Positions 8,983-17,697 of a stretch of DNA of 32,000 nucleotides are shown here, in pieces. The notes beneath the pieces were generated by a model. It was not told the origin of the DNA. It saw only the letters and a program-made list of their open reading frames with translations, and did not search any database. A program made the translations under genes and the position numbers. The stretch comes from Candidatus Saccharimonadota bacterium (lineage in GTDB: Bacteria > Patescibacteriota > Saccharimonadia > Saccharimonadales > Saccharimonadaceae): assembly GCA_039920285.1 (NCBI GenBank), contig JBDSDX010000001.1, forward strand, positions 540,001 through 572,000. Direction: 5' to 3'. The number at the start of each line of letters is the position of its first letter. The stretch's first letter is position 1.

Positions 8983-9543
8983 ATGATGGCACCCAAACAG
9001 CCGTCTCACCAGACCTTGCGGGAGCTCCGCGAGATCACTAAGCCGCTTCAAGCGATCAACCACCAGCGCGAAGCACTCATACTGAGCGTCCAGCGCCTGC
9101 GTCATGACACCATCATGATGGCAGATGGTCGCGAGGTCGGACGTTACCGTGGCGACATGACGAGAGTGCGCTCGAAGGCCAAGCTTCAGAAGAAGAAAGC
9201 CAAGGTGTTCACGGAGATCGAATGGCTCGCCAAATGCGGTGAGCTGTCGAAGAGCTTCCACTACAGCTACCCGGTCGGCCAGCGACGTGCTGCCCACATG
9301 GTCAACTACGCCATGCAGGACGGCTACCAGCTGCCCGGAGAGTGGGCTGACATCATCTGGCTTGTCCAGGGGTGGGAAGATCGCATCAACTTCCGTAACC
9401 GTTACACAGATCAGCGCGTCATCATGACGCCTGGAATGAGCACGGAGACGCGGGAGAACGGCTCGCTACCGACAATCTACTTTGAGATGGTCACCATCGA
9501 GGAGTATGAGCTTCACCGCAAGTCGGAGCACGTCGCCGCATGA
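8983..9543 (+). CDS. Hypothetical protein (186 aa), compositionally foreign; I recognise no family
   Basis: GAGGAG lies 5-6 nt upstream of ATGATG. The ORF spans the whole high-GC patch, where four hand-counted 60-nt lines gave 58-65% GC. GAG/AAG/CTG/CGC-type codons dominate, unlike the neighbouring genes. The antisense ORF 8968-9297 looks like a GC shadow. Confidence 0.6.
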   Translation: MMAPKQPSHQTLRELREITKPLQAINHQREALILSVQRLRHDTIMMADGREVGRYRGDMTRVRSKAKLQKKKAKVFTEIEWLAKCGELSKSFHYSYPVGQRRAAHMVNYAMQDGYQLPGEWADIIWLVQGWEDRINFRNRYTDQRVIMTPGMSTETRENGSLPTIYFEMVTIEEYELHRKSEHVAA

Positions 9544-9779
9544 ACCAGGAACGTCCACACCATGGACGAGCTCCAGGAAAGGTCAGACCCTCCTCTGTCC
9601 TTATCCCTATACTTTTAATGAATTTAAAGGCGTAGAGATGAGGTGGATATTGACGCGTCATCGTCATATCGATACAATTAGATCACTAACACAGTTATGA
9701 CCGAGTGCTCTCGGGTGTGATATTCTTGAAAACACTTTACGGACACGATCTTTTACTGTATAATTCACTACTGTAACTT

Positions 9780-10004
9780 ATGGTAGCTCAAAAGGAAGTC
9801 ATTAAAATGCGAGGTAAGGTGGTGGAAGCACTGCCTAATACGCAATTTAAGATAGAACTTGAGAACGGCCTGAGCATCATCGCACATATAAGCGGAAAAA
9901 TGCGTAAAAACTATATCCGCTTGGTGCCTGGTGACATGGTGGACGTTGAGATGACCCCTTATGATCTCACAAAGGGAAGAATCACGTACCGCCACAAAGA
10001 TTAA
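9780..10004 (+). CDS. infA: Translation initiation factor IF-1
   Basis: 74 aa, ...I.M.G.VVEALPN..F.IELENG....[29 protein letters not shown]. Confidence 0.95.
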   Translation: MVAQKEVIKMRGKVVEALPNTQFKIELENGLSIIAHISGKMRKNYIRLVPGDMVDVEMTPYDLTKGRITYRHKD

Positions 10005-10030
10005 CGTAATAACAGGAGTATTCATTTCTC

Positions 10031-10147
10031 ATGAAAGTTCGTGCGAGTGTGAAAAAAATCAGTCCGGATGACCAGATTGTTCGCCGTAAAGGTGTTCTCC
10101 GTGTTATCAACAAGAAAAAACCTAAGAATAAGCAAAGGCAGGGTTAA
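10031..10147 (+). CDS. rpmJ: 50S ribosomal protein L36 (Cys-free C- form)
   Basis: I read this 38-aa ORF by hand; it is too short for the ORF track. Sequence [38 protein letters not shown]. It sits between infA and rpsM, and the four zinc-ligand Cys residues are absent. Confidence 0.9.
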   Translation: MKVRASVKKISPDDQIVRRKGVLRVINKKKPKNKQRQG

Positions 10148-10149
10148 GC

Positions 10150-10536
10150 ATGGCTCGAATCGCAGGGATTGTAATCCCAGCTGAGAAGCAAGTTCAGATC
10201 GCTTTGACGTATGTATACGGCATCGGTCCACACTTCGCGTCGACCATCCTTGCGGCGGCCAACATTGAGCCGACCACTCGGGTGAAAGATCTCACCGAGG
10301 CTGAAGAACAACGTATTCGAGAGTTAATCGATCGTGATTATACTGTCGAAGGTGATTTACAGCGCCTCGTCACTAACAATATTAAACGCTTGAAAGACAT
10401 CAACGCTTACCGCGGACTCCGACACAAGGCCGGTCTTCCAGTAAACGGTCAACGCACCCGTACGAATGCACGAACTCGTAAGGGACGCGCAGTTGCCGTC
10501 GGTGGTGCTCAACCTAAAGCAGCGACTAAGACTTAG
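10150..10536 (+). CDS. rpsM: 30S ribosomal protein S13
   Basis: 128 aa, MARIAGI.IP..K.V.IALTY.YGIG, a typical S13. Confidence 0.96.
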   Translation: MARIAGIVIPAEKQVQIALTYVYGIGPHFASTILAAANIEPTTRVKDLTEAEEQRIRELIDRDYTVEGDLQRLVTNNIKRLKDINAYRGLRHKAGLPVNGQRTRTNARTRKGRAVAVGGAQPKAATKT

Positions 10537-10548
10537 GAAAGGAACGAA

Positions 10549-10956
10549 ATGGCTGAAACTACTACAACAACAACCGCTGCGCCTCGTAGCAAAAAGCAAC
10601 GCCGATCAGTTCCCTCTGGTCAGTTGCACATTCAAGCGACATTCAACAACACAATCATCACGTTTACTGACAAAAAAGGTAACGTACTCACACAGAGCAG
10701 CGCTGGAGCGACTGGTTTTCGCGGAAGTAAGAAGGGTACAGCATATGCTGCCCAAGTTGCTTCCGAAAAAGCCGCTGAAGTCGTTAAGGGTCAGTTCGGT
10801 ATGAATACAGTCGATGTATTTGTGAAGGGTGTTGGTCTAGGCCGTGACGCTGCGATTCGCGCGTTAGGTGGCTTTGACATCACAATCGAAAGTATTAAAG
10901 AGGTAACTGGTGTTCCACATGGTGGCGTTCGTCCTCGAAAGGCACGAAGAGGCTAA
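10549..10956 (+). CDS. rpsK: 30S ribosomal protein S11
   Basis: 135 aa with G..HI.A.FNNTI.T.TD..GN......SAG..GF.GS.K.T.YAAQ. Confidence 0.96.
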   Translation: MAETTTTTTAAPRSKKQRRSVPSGQLHIQATFNNTIITFTDKKGNVLTQSSAGATGFRGSKKGTAYAAQVASEKAAEVVKGQFGMNTVDVFVKGVGLGRDAAIRALGGFDITIESIKEVTGVPHGGVRPRKARRG

Positions 10957-10958
10957 TT

Positions 10959-11576
10959 ATGGCACGAGATACTTCACCAATTGTTAAACAAAGCCGACGT
11001 GAGGGCTATGCTCTTCACCCGAAGGCTCATAAGGTCATGGCAAAAAAGACTGGTATTCCTGGTCAACACGCTAATGGTCGTCAAGGTAAGCCTAGTCTTT
11101 ACCTGACACAACTCCGTGAAAAGCAGAAGGTTCGTCGTTTGTACGGTCTCCTTGAAAAGCAATTCGCGAAACTCATGAACGAAGCAAGCCGCCGCGATGG
11201 CTTGGCTGGCGAAAACCTCCTGCAACTACTGGAACTCCGCCTCGACAACGTCGTCTACCGCGCTGGTTTTGCAACCAGTCGTCGTGCTGCTCGTCAACTC
11301 GTTGGTCACGGACACTTTATTCTGAACGGTCGTCGTGTTGATATTCCATCAATTCGCGTTAAGGCCGGTGATGAACTCGTTGTTCGTCCAAAGAGCACCA
11401 AGTCTGGTTACTTTAGTCTTCTTGACGAAGTAGTTAAGACCGCAAGCCCACTCGCATTGAGTTGGTTGAAAAGCGATGCAAAGAAAATGACCATCACGGT
11501 AACTGGCGCTCCACTGCGTTCTGAAGCCGAAGCAGATATTAACGAACAACTCATCGTTGAGTATTACTCACGGTAA
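10959..11576 (+). CDS. rpsD: 30S ribosomal protein S4
   Basis: 205 aa with the S4 domain (RLDNVVYR.GFA.SR..ARQLV.HGH....G.RV.IPS). Confidence 0.96.
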   Translation: MARDTSPIVKQSRREGYALHPKAHKVMAKKTGIPGQHANGRQGKPSLYLTQLREKQKVRRLYGLLEKQFAKLMNEASRRDGLAGENLLQLLELRLDNVVYRAGFATSRRAARQLVGHGHFILNGRRVDIPSIRVKAGDELVVRPKSTKSGYFSLLDEVVKTASPLALSWLKSDAKKMTITVTGAPLRSEAEADINEQLIVEYYSR

Positions 11577-11597
11577 TAAGGGTAAGGAGCCTACTAC

Positions 11598-12521
11598 ATG
11601 TCAAAAGTCATTCACAACCCAGCACTTGCAAGCGTCGATGAACACAGCGCGACCAGTGCATCGTTCGTTATTGAACCGCTTCACGCCGGCTACGGCAACA
11701 CGCTTGGCAACAGCCTTCGCCGTGTACTACTTTCAAGCATCAAAGGTGGCGCTATCGTTGCTTTCCGCATCGAAGGTGTCAGTCACGAATTCACAACTGT
11801 TCCTGGTGTTAAAGAAGATGTCGTTGACATCATGCTGAACCTCAAGAATGTCAAAATCAAGATCAGTACCGACGAGCCAGTCGAACTGCGTCTTGAGAAA
11901 AAGGGCACCGGCGTTATTACTGCTGGTGACATCAAAACGACAGCTGATGTCGAAGTGATCAACCCTGATCAAATCATTGCAACCATCGACGACCCTAAAA
12001 AGTCTGTCATCATGGACTTTGTTGTTGAATCAGGACGTGGTTACGAAACTATCGAAGAAGCCAGTGTGAACCGCCTCCACAGCGACATGATCGCCCTGGA
12101 TGCAATCTTCACTCCTGTTCTCCGTGTTCGTTACAAGGTTGACTCGACTCGTGTCGGTCAAGAAACAAACCTCGACAAACTTATCTTGAATGTTGAAACT
12201 GACGGTTCTATGAGCCCACGCGAAGCATTTGAAGAAGCCTCAGCTATTCTCGTTAACCAATATACTGCCCTCGCCGGTAGCACTTCAGTCGAAGCTGCTC
12301 CAGCCCTGGGTCAGGATACCGAAGAAGAGTCAAATGAGCTCAACACTCCAATTGAAGAGTTGAACCTCAGTGCTCGTACTGCGAACGCGCTCATCAACAA
12401 CGAAATCCGCACTGTCCGTGACCTTGTCACTCTCAGCGAACAAGATCTTCGTGAATTGAAGGGCTTCGGTAGCAAGGCTTTGGATGAAGTTAAAGATAAA
12501 TTGGCAGAACTGGAAATCTAA
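11598..12521 (+). CDS. rpoA: DNA-directed RNA polymerase subunit alpha
   Basis: 307 aa with EPL..G.G.TLGN.LRR.LLSS..G and a C-terminal domain carrying LS.R..N.L....I.TV.DL. Confidence 0.96.
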   Translation: MSKVIHNPALASVDEHSATSASFVIEPLHAGYGNTLGNSLRRVLLSSIKGGAIVAFRIEGVSHEFTTVPGVKEDVVDIMLNLKNVKIKISTDEPVELRLEKKGTGVITAGDIKTTADVEVINPDQIIATIDDPKKSVIMDFVVESGRGYETIEEASVNRLHSDMIALDAIFTPVLRVRYKVDSTRVGQETNLDKLILNVETDGSMSPREAFEEASAILVNQYTALAGSTSVEAAPALGQDTEEESNELNTPIEELNLSARTANALINNEIRTVRDLVTLSEQDLRELKGFGSKALDEVKDKLAELEI

Positions 12522-12523
12522 AG

Positions 12524-12973
12524 ATGCACCGACACGGATATAAAGGACGTAAATTTGGCCGCGAACGTGATCAACGACGCGCGCTCCTCAAGGGCTTGGC
12601 AACAAGCTTAGTTGAGCACGGTAAGATTGAAACAACGCTTCCAAAAGCTAAAGAACTCGTCCGCTACATTGAAAAACTCGTCACAAAGGCGAAAAAAGGC
12701 GATCTTGCAAACCGTCGTATGGTCATTGCTGGCCTCTCGACTCAAGCAGCTGCCTTTCGTCTTGTTGATGTTATCGCCCCTCAGTTAGGTGGCCGCACAA
12801 GTGGTCACTTCAGAATTGAACGAACTCGCCTCCGTCTTGGTGACGGTGCACAAATGGCTACGATTGGTTTCGTTGATGAAATCTCTGAAAAGCCAAAAGT
12901 CGCTACACCAGTCGTTGCTGCGAAGCCTGCCGCTAAACCTGCAGCTAAGACAGCTGTAAAGGAGAAGAAATAA
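12524..12973 (+). CDS. rplQ: 50S ribosomal protein L17
   Basis: 149 aa, MHRHG..GRK.GR....R.ALL..L...L..H..I.TT..KAKE. Confidence 0.95.
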   Translation: MHRHGYKGRKFGRERDQRRALLKGLATSLVEHGKIETTLPKAKELVRYIEKLVTKAKKGDLANRRMVIAGLSTQAAAFRLVDVIAPQLGGRTSGHFRIERTRLRLGDGAQMATIGFVDEISEKPKVATPVVAAKPAAKPAAKTAVKEKK

Positions 12974-13416
12974 TGGCTATTAACGCAAAGACATTTAGTC
13001 AAAAACCAGCTGACGTTACTCGTGAATGGTTCTTGATTGATGCTGCATCAGCTCCACTTGGGCGTGTCGCGACACAAATTTCCAAGTACCTGATCGGTAA
13101 ATACAAGACTACTTACACTCCTCACGTTGATGGTGGTGACTACGTTGTTGTTATCAACGCTGAAGCACTTGTCGTCACTGGTGACAAGGAAACTGGCAAA
13201 ATTTATTACCGACACAGTGGTTTCCCTGGTGGTATTAAAGAAGCAACGTTGAAGGAAGTTCGTGAAAAGAACCCTGAACGTATCATTGAAGCTGCAGTAA
13301 AAGGTATGTTACCTCGTAATAAGCTCGCTCCAGGCCGTTTGGCTCGTCTGCGTGTCTTCCCTGGCGACGTACACACTCACACTGCTCAAACTCCAAAGAA
13401 AGTAGAGATGAAGTAA
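12973..13416 (+). CDS. rplM: 50S ribosomal protein L13
   Basis: 147 aa with W..IDA....LGR.A..I...L.GK.K..YTPH.D.GD.VVVINA. Confidence 0.96.
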   Translation: MAINAKTFSQKPADVTREWFLIDAASAPLGRVATQISKYLIGKYKTTYTPHVDGGDYVVVINAEALVVTGDKETGKIYYRHSGFPGGIKEATLKEVREKNPERIIEAAVKGMLPRNKLAPGRLARLRVFPGDVHTHTAQTPKKVEMK

Positions 13417-13417
13417 T

Positions 13418-13816
13418 ATGGCTGAAGGTACTTATTTTTACGGTCTCGGACGACGCAAAAGTGCAACTGCTCGAGCACGTCTCTATGCAGGTAAGGGAAG
13501 TGTCGTGATTAACGACAAGCCAGCTGAAGATTACCTTTCTGGTAACAAATCACTGATTGCCGAAATCACTGACCCATTAGCCCTTGTGAACAAGCAAAAA
13601 GACTTTGATATTACTATCCGCGTTCAAGGTGGTGGTGTATCTGGTCAAGTTGATGCAATCAAGTTGGCAATCGCCAAAGCATTGACGACTGCTCACTCTG
13701 ATCTCCGTACGACCCTGAAAAAAGCTGAGTTCCTGAAACGTGACTCACGTGAGAAAGAACGAAAGAAGTATGGTCTTCGTTCAGCACGTAAGCGCGAACA
13801 GTTCTCTAAGCGTTAA
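13418..13816 (+). CDS. rpsI: 30S ribosomal protein S9
   Basis: 132 aa, ...GRRK.A.AR..L..G.G...IN, ending RD.R.KERKKYG...ARK..QFSKR. Confidence 0.96.
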   Translation: MAEGTYFYGLGRRKSATARARLYAGKGSVVINDKPAEDYLSGNKSLIAEITDPLALVNKQKDFDITIRVQGGGVSGQVDAIKLAIAKALTTAHSDLRTTLKKAEFLKRDSREKERKKYGLRSARKREQFSKR

Positions 13817-13833
13817 ACCAACACACACAAAAA

Positions 13834-13856
13834 GGCCCTGTACAAGGGTCTTTTTG
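13834..13856 (+). terminator. Rho-independent terminator after rpsI
   Basis: GGCCCT, loop gtaca, AGGGTC, flanked by an upstream A-run and a downstream TTTTT. Confidence 0.65.
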
Positions 13857-13979
13857 TTTGGTAAAAAATAGCCATAGTTCATTCGAAACAGAACTATAGG
13901 GAACATCTGCAGCGGCGGAGGTGATACATCATTTGTCGAACACCCCTCCAACAGAGCTAAATAGGGTATAATAAGGCAT

Positions 13980-15017
13980 ATGAGTAAACCTGTCGTCTTA
14001 ACTGGGCTGCGTGCAAACAATAACCTGACTATTGGGAACTATTTTGGTGGCATGTTACCTATTATCGATATGGCTAAAAAACGGTCTGACGACTTCCAGA
14101 TCAATATGTTCATACCTGATCTGCATAGCTTTACGACACCCGTCGATCATGCCCATCTGAATGACCAAATTTTATTGACGGCGAAACTATTTGTCGCGGC
14201 TGGTCTTCCTTTAGACAATGAAGGCATATATTTGTATCGTCAAAGTTACCTATCTGCTCACAGTGAACTCGCTTGGATACTCGATTGCTTTACTGGCATC
14301 GGTGAAATGGCCCGTATGACGCAGTTTAAGGACAAATCAGAGGGTTTAGGGGATGATCGCATCAGTGTTGGCCTTTTTAACTATCCTGTCCTCATGGCAG
14401 CTGATATCTTGTTGTACAACACCGAGTACGTGCCCGTTGGCGATGACCAGAGTCAACATCTTGAATTTACCCGAGATATTGGCGAACGCCTCAACAGTCG
14501 TTTCGGCGATATTTTCACAATTCCAAAAGCCGTCAAAGATCAGCATGAATTTTTTGGTAAAGACCAGGGACTTCGTATCAAAGACCTCATTGACCCTTCG
14601 AAGAAGATGAGTAAGAGCGACGAATCAGGCCGAGGAGTTATTTTCTTGAGCGACACACCCGAAGAAGCTGCTAAAAAAGTAATGGGTGCGACAACCGACG
14701 ATAAAGCTGAAATTCATTTTAGCCGCGAAGAACAACCAGGTATTAGTAACCTACTTGAGATTCTCGCTCTGCTTCGTTCAAGTCCACTTGATGCAGTTAT
14801 TGCAGAGTTTGAGGGACAGACTCGTTACGGAGACTTCAAAGCAGTTGTTGCCGAAGAAGTGAAGCAGTTCTTAACTGATTTCCAAAGTACGTTGAGTGGT
14901 GTGGACGAGTCAGCAGTTTTGGCGAAACTTGAACAATCTGAACAAGCACTCACTTCAGTAGCCAATGAGACTCTCCTTAAAGTTCAGCAAGCCGTTGGAC
15001 TTCGTCCGAAAGCCTAA
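13980..15017 (+). CDS. trpS: Tryptophan--tRNA ligase
   Basis: 345 aa class I aaRS with a TIGN-type HIGH region (LTIGNYFG), GDDQSQHLEFTRDIGERLN (characteristic of TrpRS) and KMSKS. Confidence 0.93.
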   Translation: MSKPVVLTGLRANNNLTIGNYFGGMLPIIDMAKKRSDDFQINMFIPDLHSFTTPVDHAHLNDQILLTAKLFVAAGLPLDNEGIYLYRQSYLSAHSELAWILDCFTGIGEMARMTQFKDKSEGLGDDRISVGLFNYPVLMAADILLYNTEYVPVGDDQSQHLEFTRDIGERLNSRFGDIFTIPKAVKDQHEFFGKDQGLRIKDLIDPSKKMSKSDESGRGVIFLSDTPEEAAKKVMGATTDDKAEIHFSREEQPGISNLLEILALLRSSPLDAVIAEFEGQTRYGDFKAVVAEEVKQFLTDFQSTLSGVDESAVLAKLEQSEQALTSVANETLLKVQQAVGLRPKA

Positions 15018-15019
15018 CA

Positions 15020-16192
15020 ATGAAAGCTGAAAATAACGAAATAAAGGCAGTTCTCCGCCAGTATGGTCTTGCTGATGAAGGCTCGTCACGACGTGCAATC
15101 TCACAGGTAAAAGAACTTGATCCCCAGTTCGCGAGTCGTTTGGTTTCTTTCTATTACGAAAATGTGAAATATTTCTTAATTTATGATGATACAGCTGAAG
15201 ATGATGAAGCAAATATCTTGGCAGAGCTTCGTAAAGACCAACCTCATTTAAAGGGTGCTCTTGTTCAAAATCCGCATGATGACCAATTATCATACGGTAC
15301 TCGTTTTAAAGGTAAAGAAATTTATTTATTTGCTGTTGCACCTCTGAAACGGCGTCTTGACCACGAGCTTGCTGAGCGATATCCAAATCTTTCACGGAGT
15401 ACGATTCAAAAATACATTAAAGCCGGCTACGTCACCGTTAACGGTGAAGAGATCACTCAGGTTCGCCGCGATGTATTTGATGCCGACGATATAGCAATGA
15501 CTCCCCCTGAAGCAACTGATTTTTCCGCTCAAGAAATTCCTATTATCTTCATTGATGATAATGTTATTGTGATCAATAAACCAGCCGGCGTCCTGTCACA
15601 TAGTAAAGGTGCTTTGAATGATGAGTTTACCGTGGCTGAATTCTTCCGTCGCTATACGACAGATGGCCTAGAAAGTAGCCGTCCGGGTATTGTTCACCGT
15701 CTCGACCGTGATACCAGTGGTGTTATGATTGGCGCACGTAACGAAGAGACGGCGGTACTTTTGAAAAAACAATTTGCTGATCGTAAAACTAAAAAAGAAT
15801 ATGTTGCCGTTGTTGAGGGTATTCCTAAGGTTCTCAACGCCGTCATTGATCTGCCTATTGGTCGCAACCCAGCGACACCAAGTCAATTCCGTGTTGATGC
15901 GAGTGGAAAAGATGCAGTGACGACCTATGAAGTTATTGCAATGAACGAAAAGCAGTCACTCGTAAAGTTCTGGCCTAAGACTGGCCGGACACACCAACTT
16001 CGTGTCCATGCGGAATATATCAACATTCCTATCGTTGGTGATCGTGTCTACGGCGATTCTAAAAAAGCTGATAGGCTATACCTCCACGCCCATACACTCG
16101 AAATTACTATCCCGACGTCCGATCGACGCGTCTTTACGGCACCGGTGCCACCAGAATTTACGGAGCATTTCCCTGGAGTGGGAAATGTCTAA
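15020..16192 (+). CDS. RluA/RluD-family 23S rRNA pseudouridine synthase with an N-terminal extension of about 110 aa
   Basis: 390 aa with an S4 domain (RLD..L....P.LSRS.IQK.I..G.V.VNG) and the catalytic motif HRLDRDTSGVM. The first ~110 aa match nothing I recognise. Confidence 0.85.
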   Translation: MKAENNEIKAVLRQYGLADEGSSRRAISQVKELDPQFASRLVSFYYENVKYFLIYDDTAEDDEANILAELRKDQPHLKGALVQNPHDDQLSYGTRFKGKEIYLFAVAPLKRRLDHELAERYPNLSRSTIQKYIKAGYVTVNGEEITQVRRDVFDADDIAMTPPEATDFSAQEIPIIFIDDNVIVINKPAGVLSHSKGALNDEFTVAEFFRRYTTDGLESSRPGIVHRLDRDTSGVMIGARNEETAVLLKKQFADRKTKKEYVAVVEGIPKVLNAVIDLPIGRNPATPSQFRVDASGKDAVTTYEVIAMNEKQSLVKFWPKTGRTHQLRVHAEYINIPIVGDRVYGDSKKADRLYLHAHTLEITIPTSDRRVFTAPVPPEFTEHFPGVGNV

Positions 16193-17012
16193 TTTATACT
16201 TCCATCCATACACCCGCACTCAATTAGATCACTATAAAGAAGACTTACCGCAGTCTTTATTGATCTATGGTCCCTCTGGGATCGGTTTGGGTGCTGTTAT
16301 TACTCATCTTTCTGATGAACTAGGCATAGTCGCACAAGTAGTGCTCCCCGAGAAGGATGAGAAGGTAGATATTGAAAAAGGAACAATTACCGTTGACAGC
16401 ATTCGTCGTTTGTACGACATGACGAAAACAATTGAAACTGGTCGACGCATGATTGTCATTGATTATGCTGAACGAATGGGAACCCAGGCACAGAACGCAT
16501 TCTTGAAGCTGCTGGAAGAACCGGGCAAGAACACGCACTTCATTTTATTGTCACATAAGACATCAAAGATGCTGCCGACTATTCGATCACGCGCTCAAGC
16601 GTTTGAACTTCGACCTATCACTAACGAACAGTCTGGTGATCTTCTCGATAAATTGAATGTAGGTGACTCTCAGAAACGTACGCAACTACTCTTTATGGCG
16701 AATGGCCTTCCTGCTGAACTGACCAGATTAGCGGAAAACGAAACGTACTTCAGACAACGTGCCCAGATTGTACGCGATGCGCAACAATTTCTTCAAGCCA
16801 GCGCCTACGATCGTCTCGTCCTCGCAACGAGCTATAAAGATGATCGTGCTCAGAGCCTATTACTCTTAACTGACGCTTTGAAACTCCTTCAAAAGAATAT
16901 CCAAGAAGGCAAGTCGAGTCTGATTCCAAAGATTGAGCAAGTCTTAAAAGCCTACGAACGGATTGAAGCGAATGGTAACATCCGTCTACAACTCGCCGGG
17001 GCTATGGTATAA
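16185..17012 (+). CDS. holB: DNA polymerase III subunit delta' (clamp-loader AAA+ subunit)
   Basis: The ATG at 16185 overlaps the upstream stop by 8 nt. Motifs: LLIYGPSGIGLG..., IVIDYAERM...AQNAFLKLLEEPG..T.FIL, LPTIRSRAQ. Confidence 0.8.
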   Translation: MSNLYFHPYTRTQLDHYKEDLPQSLLIYGPSGIGLGAVITHLSDELGIVAQVVLPEKDEKVDIEKGTITVDSIRRLYDMTKTIETGRRMIVIDYAERMGTQAQNAFLKLLEEPGKNTHFILLSHKTSKMLPTIRSRAQAFELRPITNEQSGDLLDKLNVGDSQKRTQLLFMANGLPAELTRLAENETYFRQRAQIVRDAQQFLQASAYDRLVLATSYKDDRAQSLLLLTDALKLLQKNIQEGKSSLIPKIEQVLKAYERIEANGNIRLQLAGAMV

Positions 17013-17020
17013 TATAAACA

Positions 17021-17674
17021 ATGTTAGGCCTTATAGTCATCGTGATTCTCGGCGCCTGGGCACTTTACCAACGACAAACAATTGGTGAAGTTGCATCTGA
17101 TCTTCCTTTGAAGTTATCGGATAAACTTGACCAGCTCTGGTCAATTGCACAATCTTCTTTGGTTGATCGTAAGTACCTTCGTGCTGAAAAGGCACTCCTG
17201 ACCATTTTGCGTGTCGATGAACGCAACGCAAGTGCCTATAACCGCCTTGGTATCCTCTACGCAAAGCAACAACAGTACAAAGAGGCGATCGAGTGTTTTG
17301 AAATCGCTCAATCACTTGAGCCAAGTGCCAGTAGCCTTCACAACGTCGGTTTGATCTACTATGAGACAAAAGCGTACGAGAAGGCAGCCTTGGCCTTTGA
17401 ACAAGCGTTAGCGATAGACAGTGATCACGCTGCACGTCACATTGCATATGCTAAGGTCCAAGAAAAGCTCGGCAGTGACCGCAAGATGATCGATTCACTC
17501 GAACGTGCTGTCGAACTTGACCCTATCCCTCAAACCCTGACAATTTTAGCTGAAGCGTATGAACGGACAGGTGAGGTGCAATTAGCACTCGACCTGCGTG
17601 AACGTGCAGCGCGAATGATTATCCCTGAAGGTCAAGCCTCACGTGTACGACAACCGCGTCGCGTGGTAATGTAG
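17021..17674 (+). CDS. TPR-repeat protein with an N-terminal membrane anchor
   Basis: 217 aa with the hydrophobic N-terminus MLGLIVIVILGAWALY, then repeated TPR-like units (A..YN.LGI.Y..Q..Y.EAI..FE.A...). Confidence 0.75.
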   Translation: MLGLIVIVILGAWALYQRQTIGEVASDLPLKLSDKLDQLWSIAQSSLVDRKYLRAEKALLTILRVDERNASAYNRLGILYAKQQQYKEAIECFEIAQSLEPSASSLHNVGLIYYETKAYEKAALAFEQALAIDSDHAARHIAYAKVQEKLGSDRKMIDSLERAVELDPIPQTLTILAEAYERTGEVQLALDLRERAARMIIPEGQASRVRQPRRVVM

Positions 17675-17697
17675 ATATATTTAAAGGAGTAAAGAGC

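Noticed and set aside
9544-9779. SRP-like string CCAGGAAAGGTCAGACC and the small ORFs (9482-9700) after the orphan gene.
   Set aside because: The resemblance to the SRP RNA motif is only short and out of order. There is no GNRA-capped helix with the conserved asymmetric loop. The ORF has no RBS and an implausible His/Arg-rich product.
13860-13966. T-box leader or attenuator upstream of trpS. Two hairpins are present: ATAGTTC/GAACTAT near 13873-13899 and GGAGG.../...CCTCC near 13918-13949.
   Set aside because: There is no T-box consensus (AGGGUGGUACCGCG-like) and no specifier-loop architecture. The only good -10 box lies downstream of both hairpins, so they would not be in the trpS leader.
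16002-16184. Longer N-terminal extension of the holB ORF (track start 16002).
   Set aside because: It lies entirely inside the pseudouridine synthase gene in another frame. The ATG at 16185 gives a normal delta-prime N-terminus and a typical 8-nt overlap.
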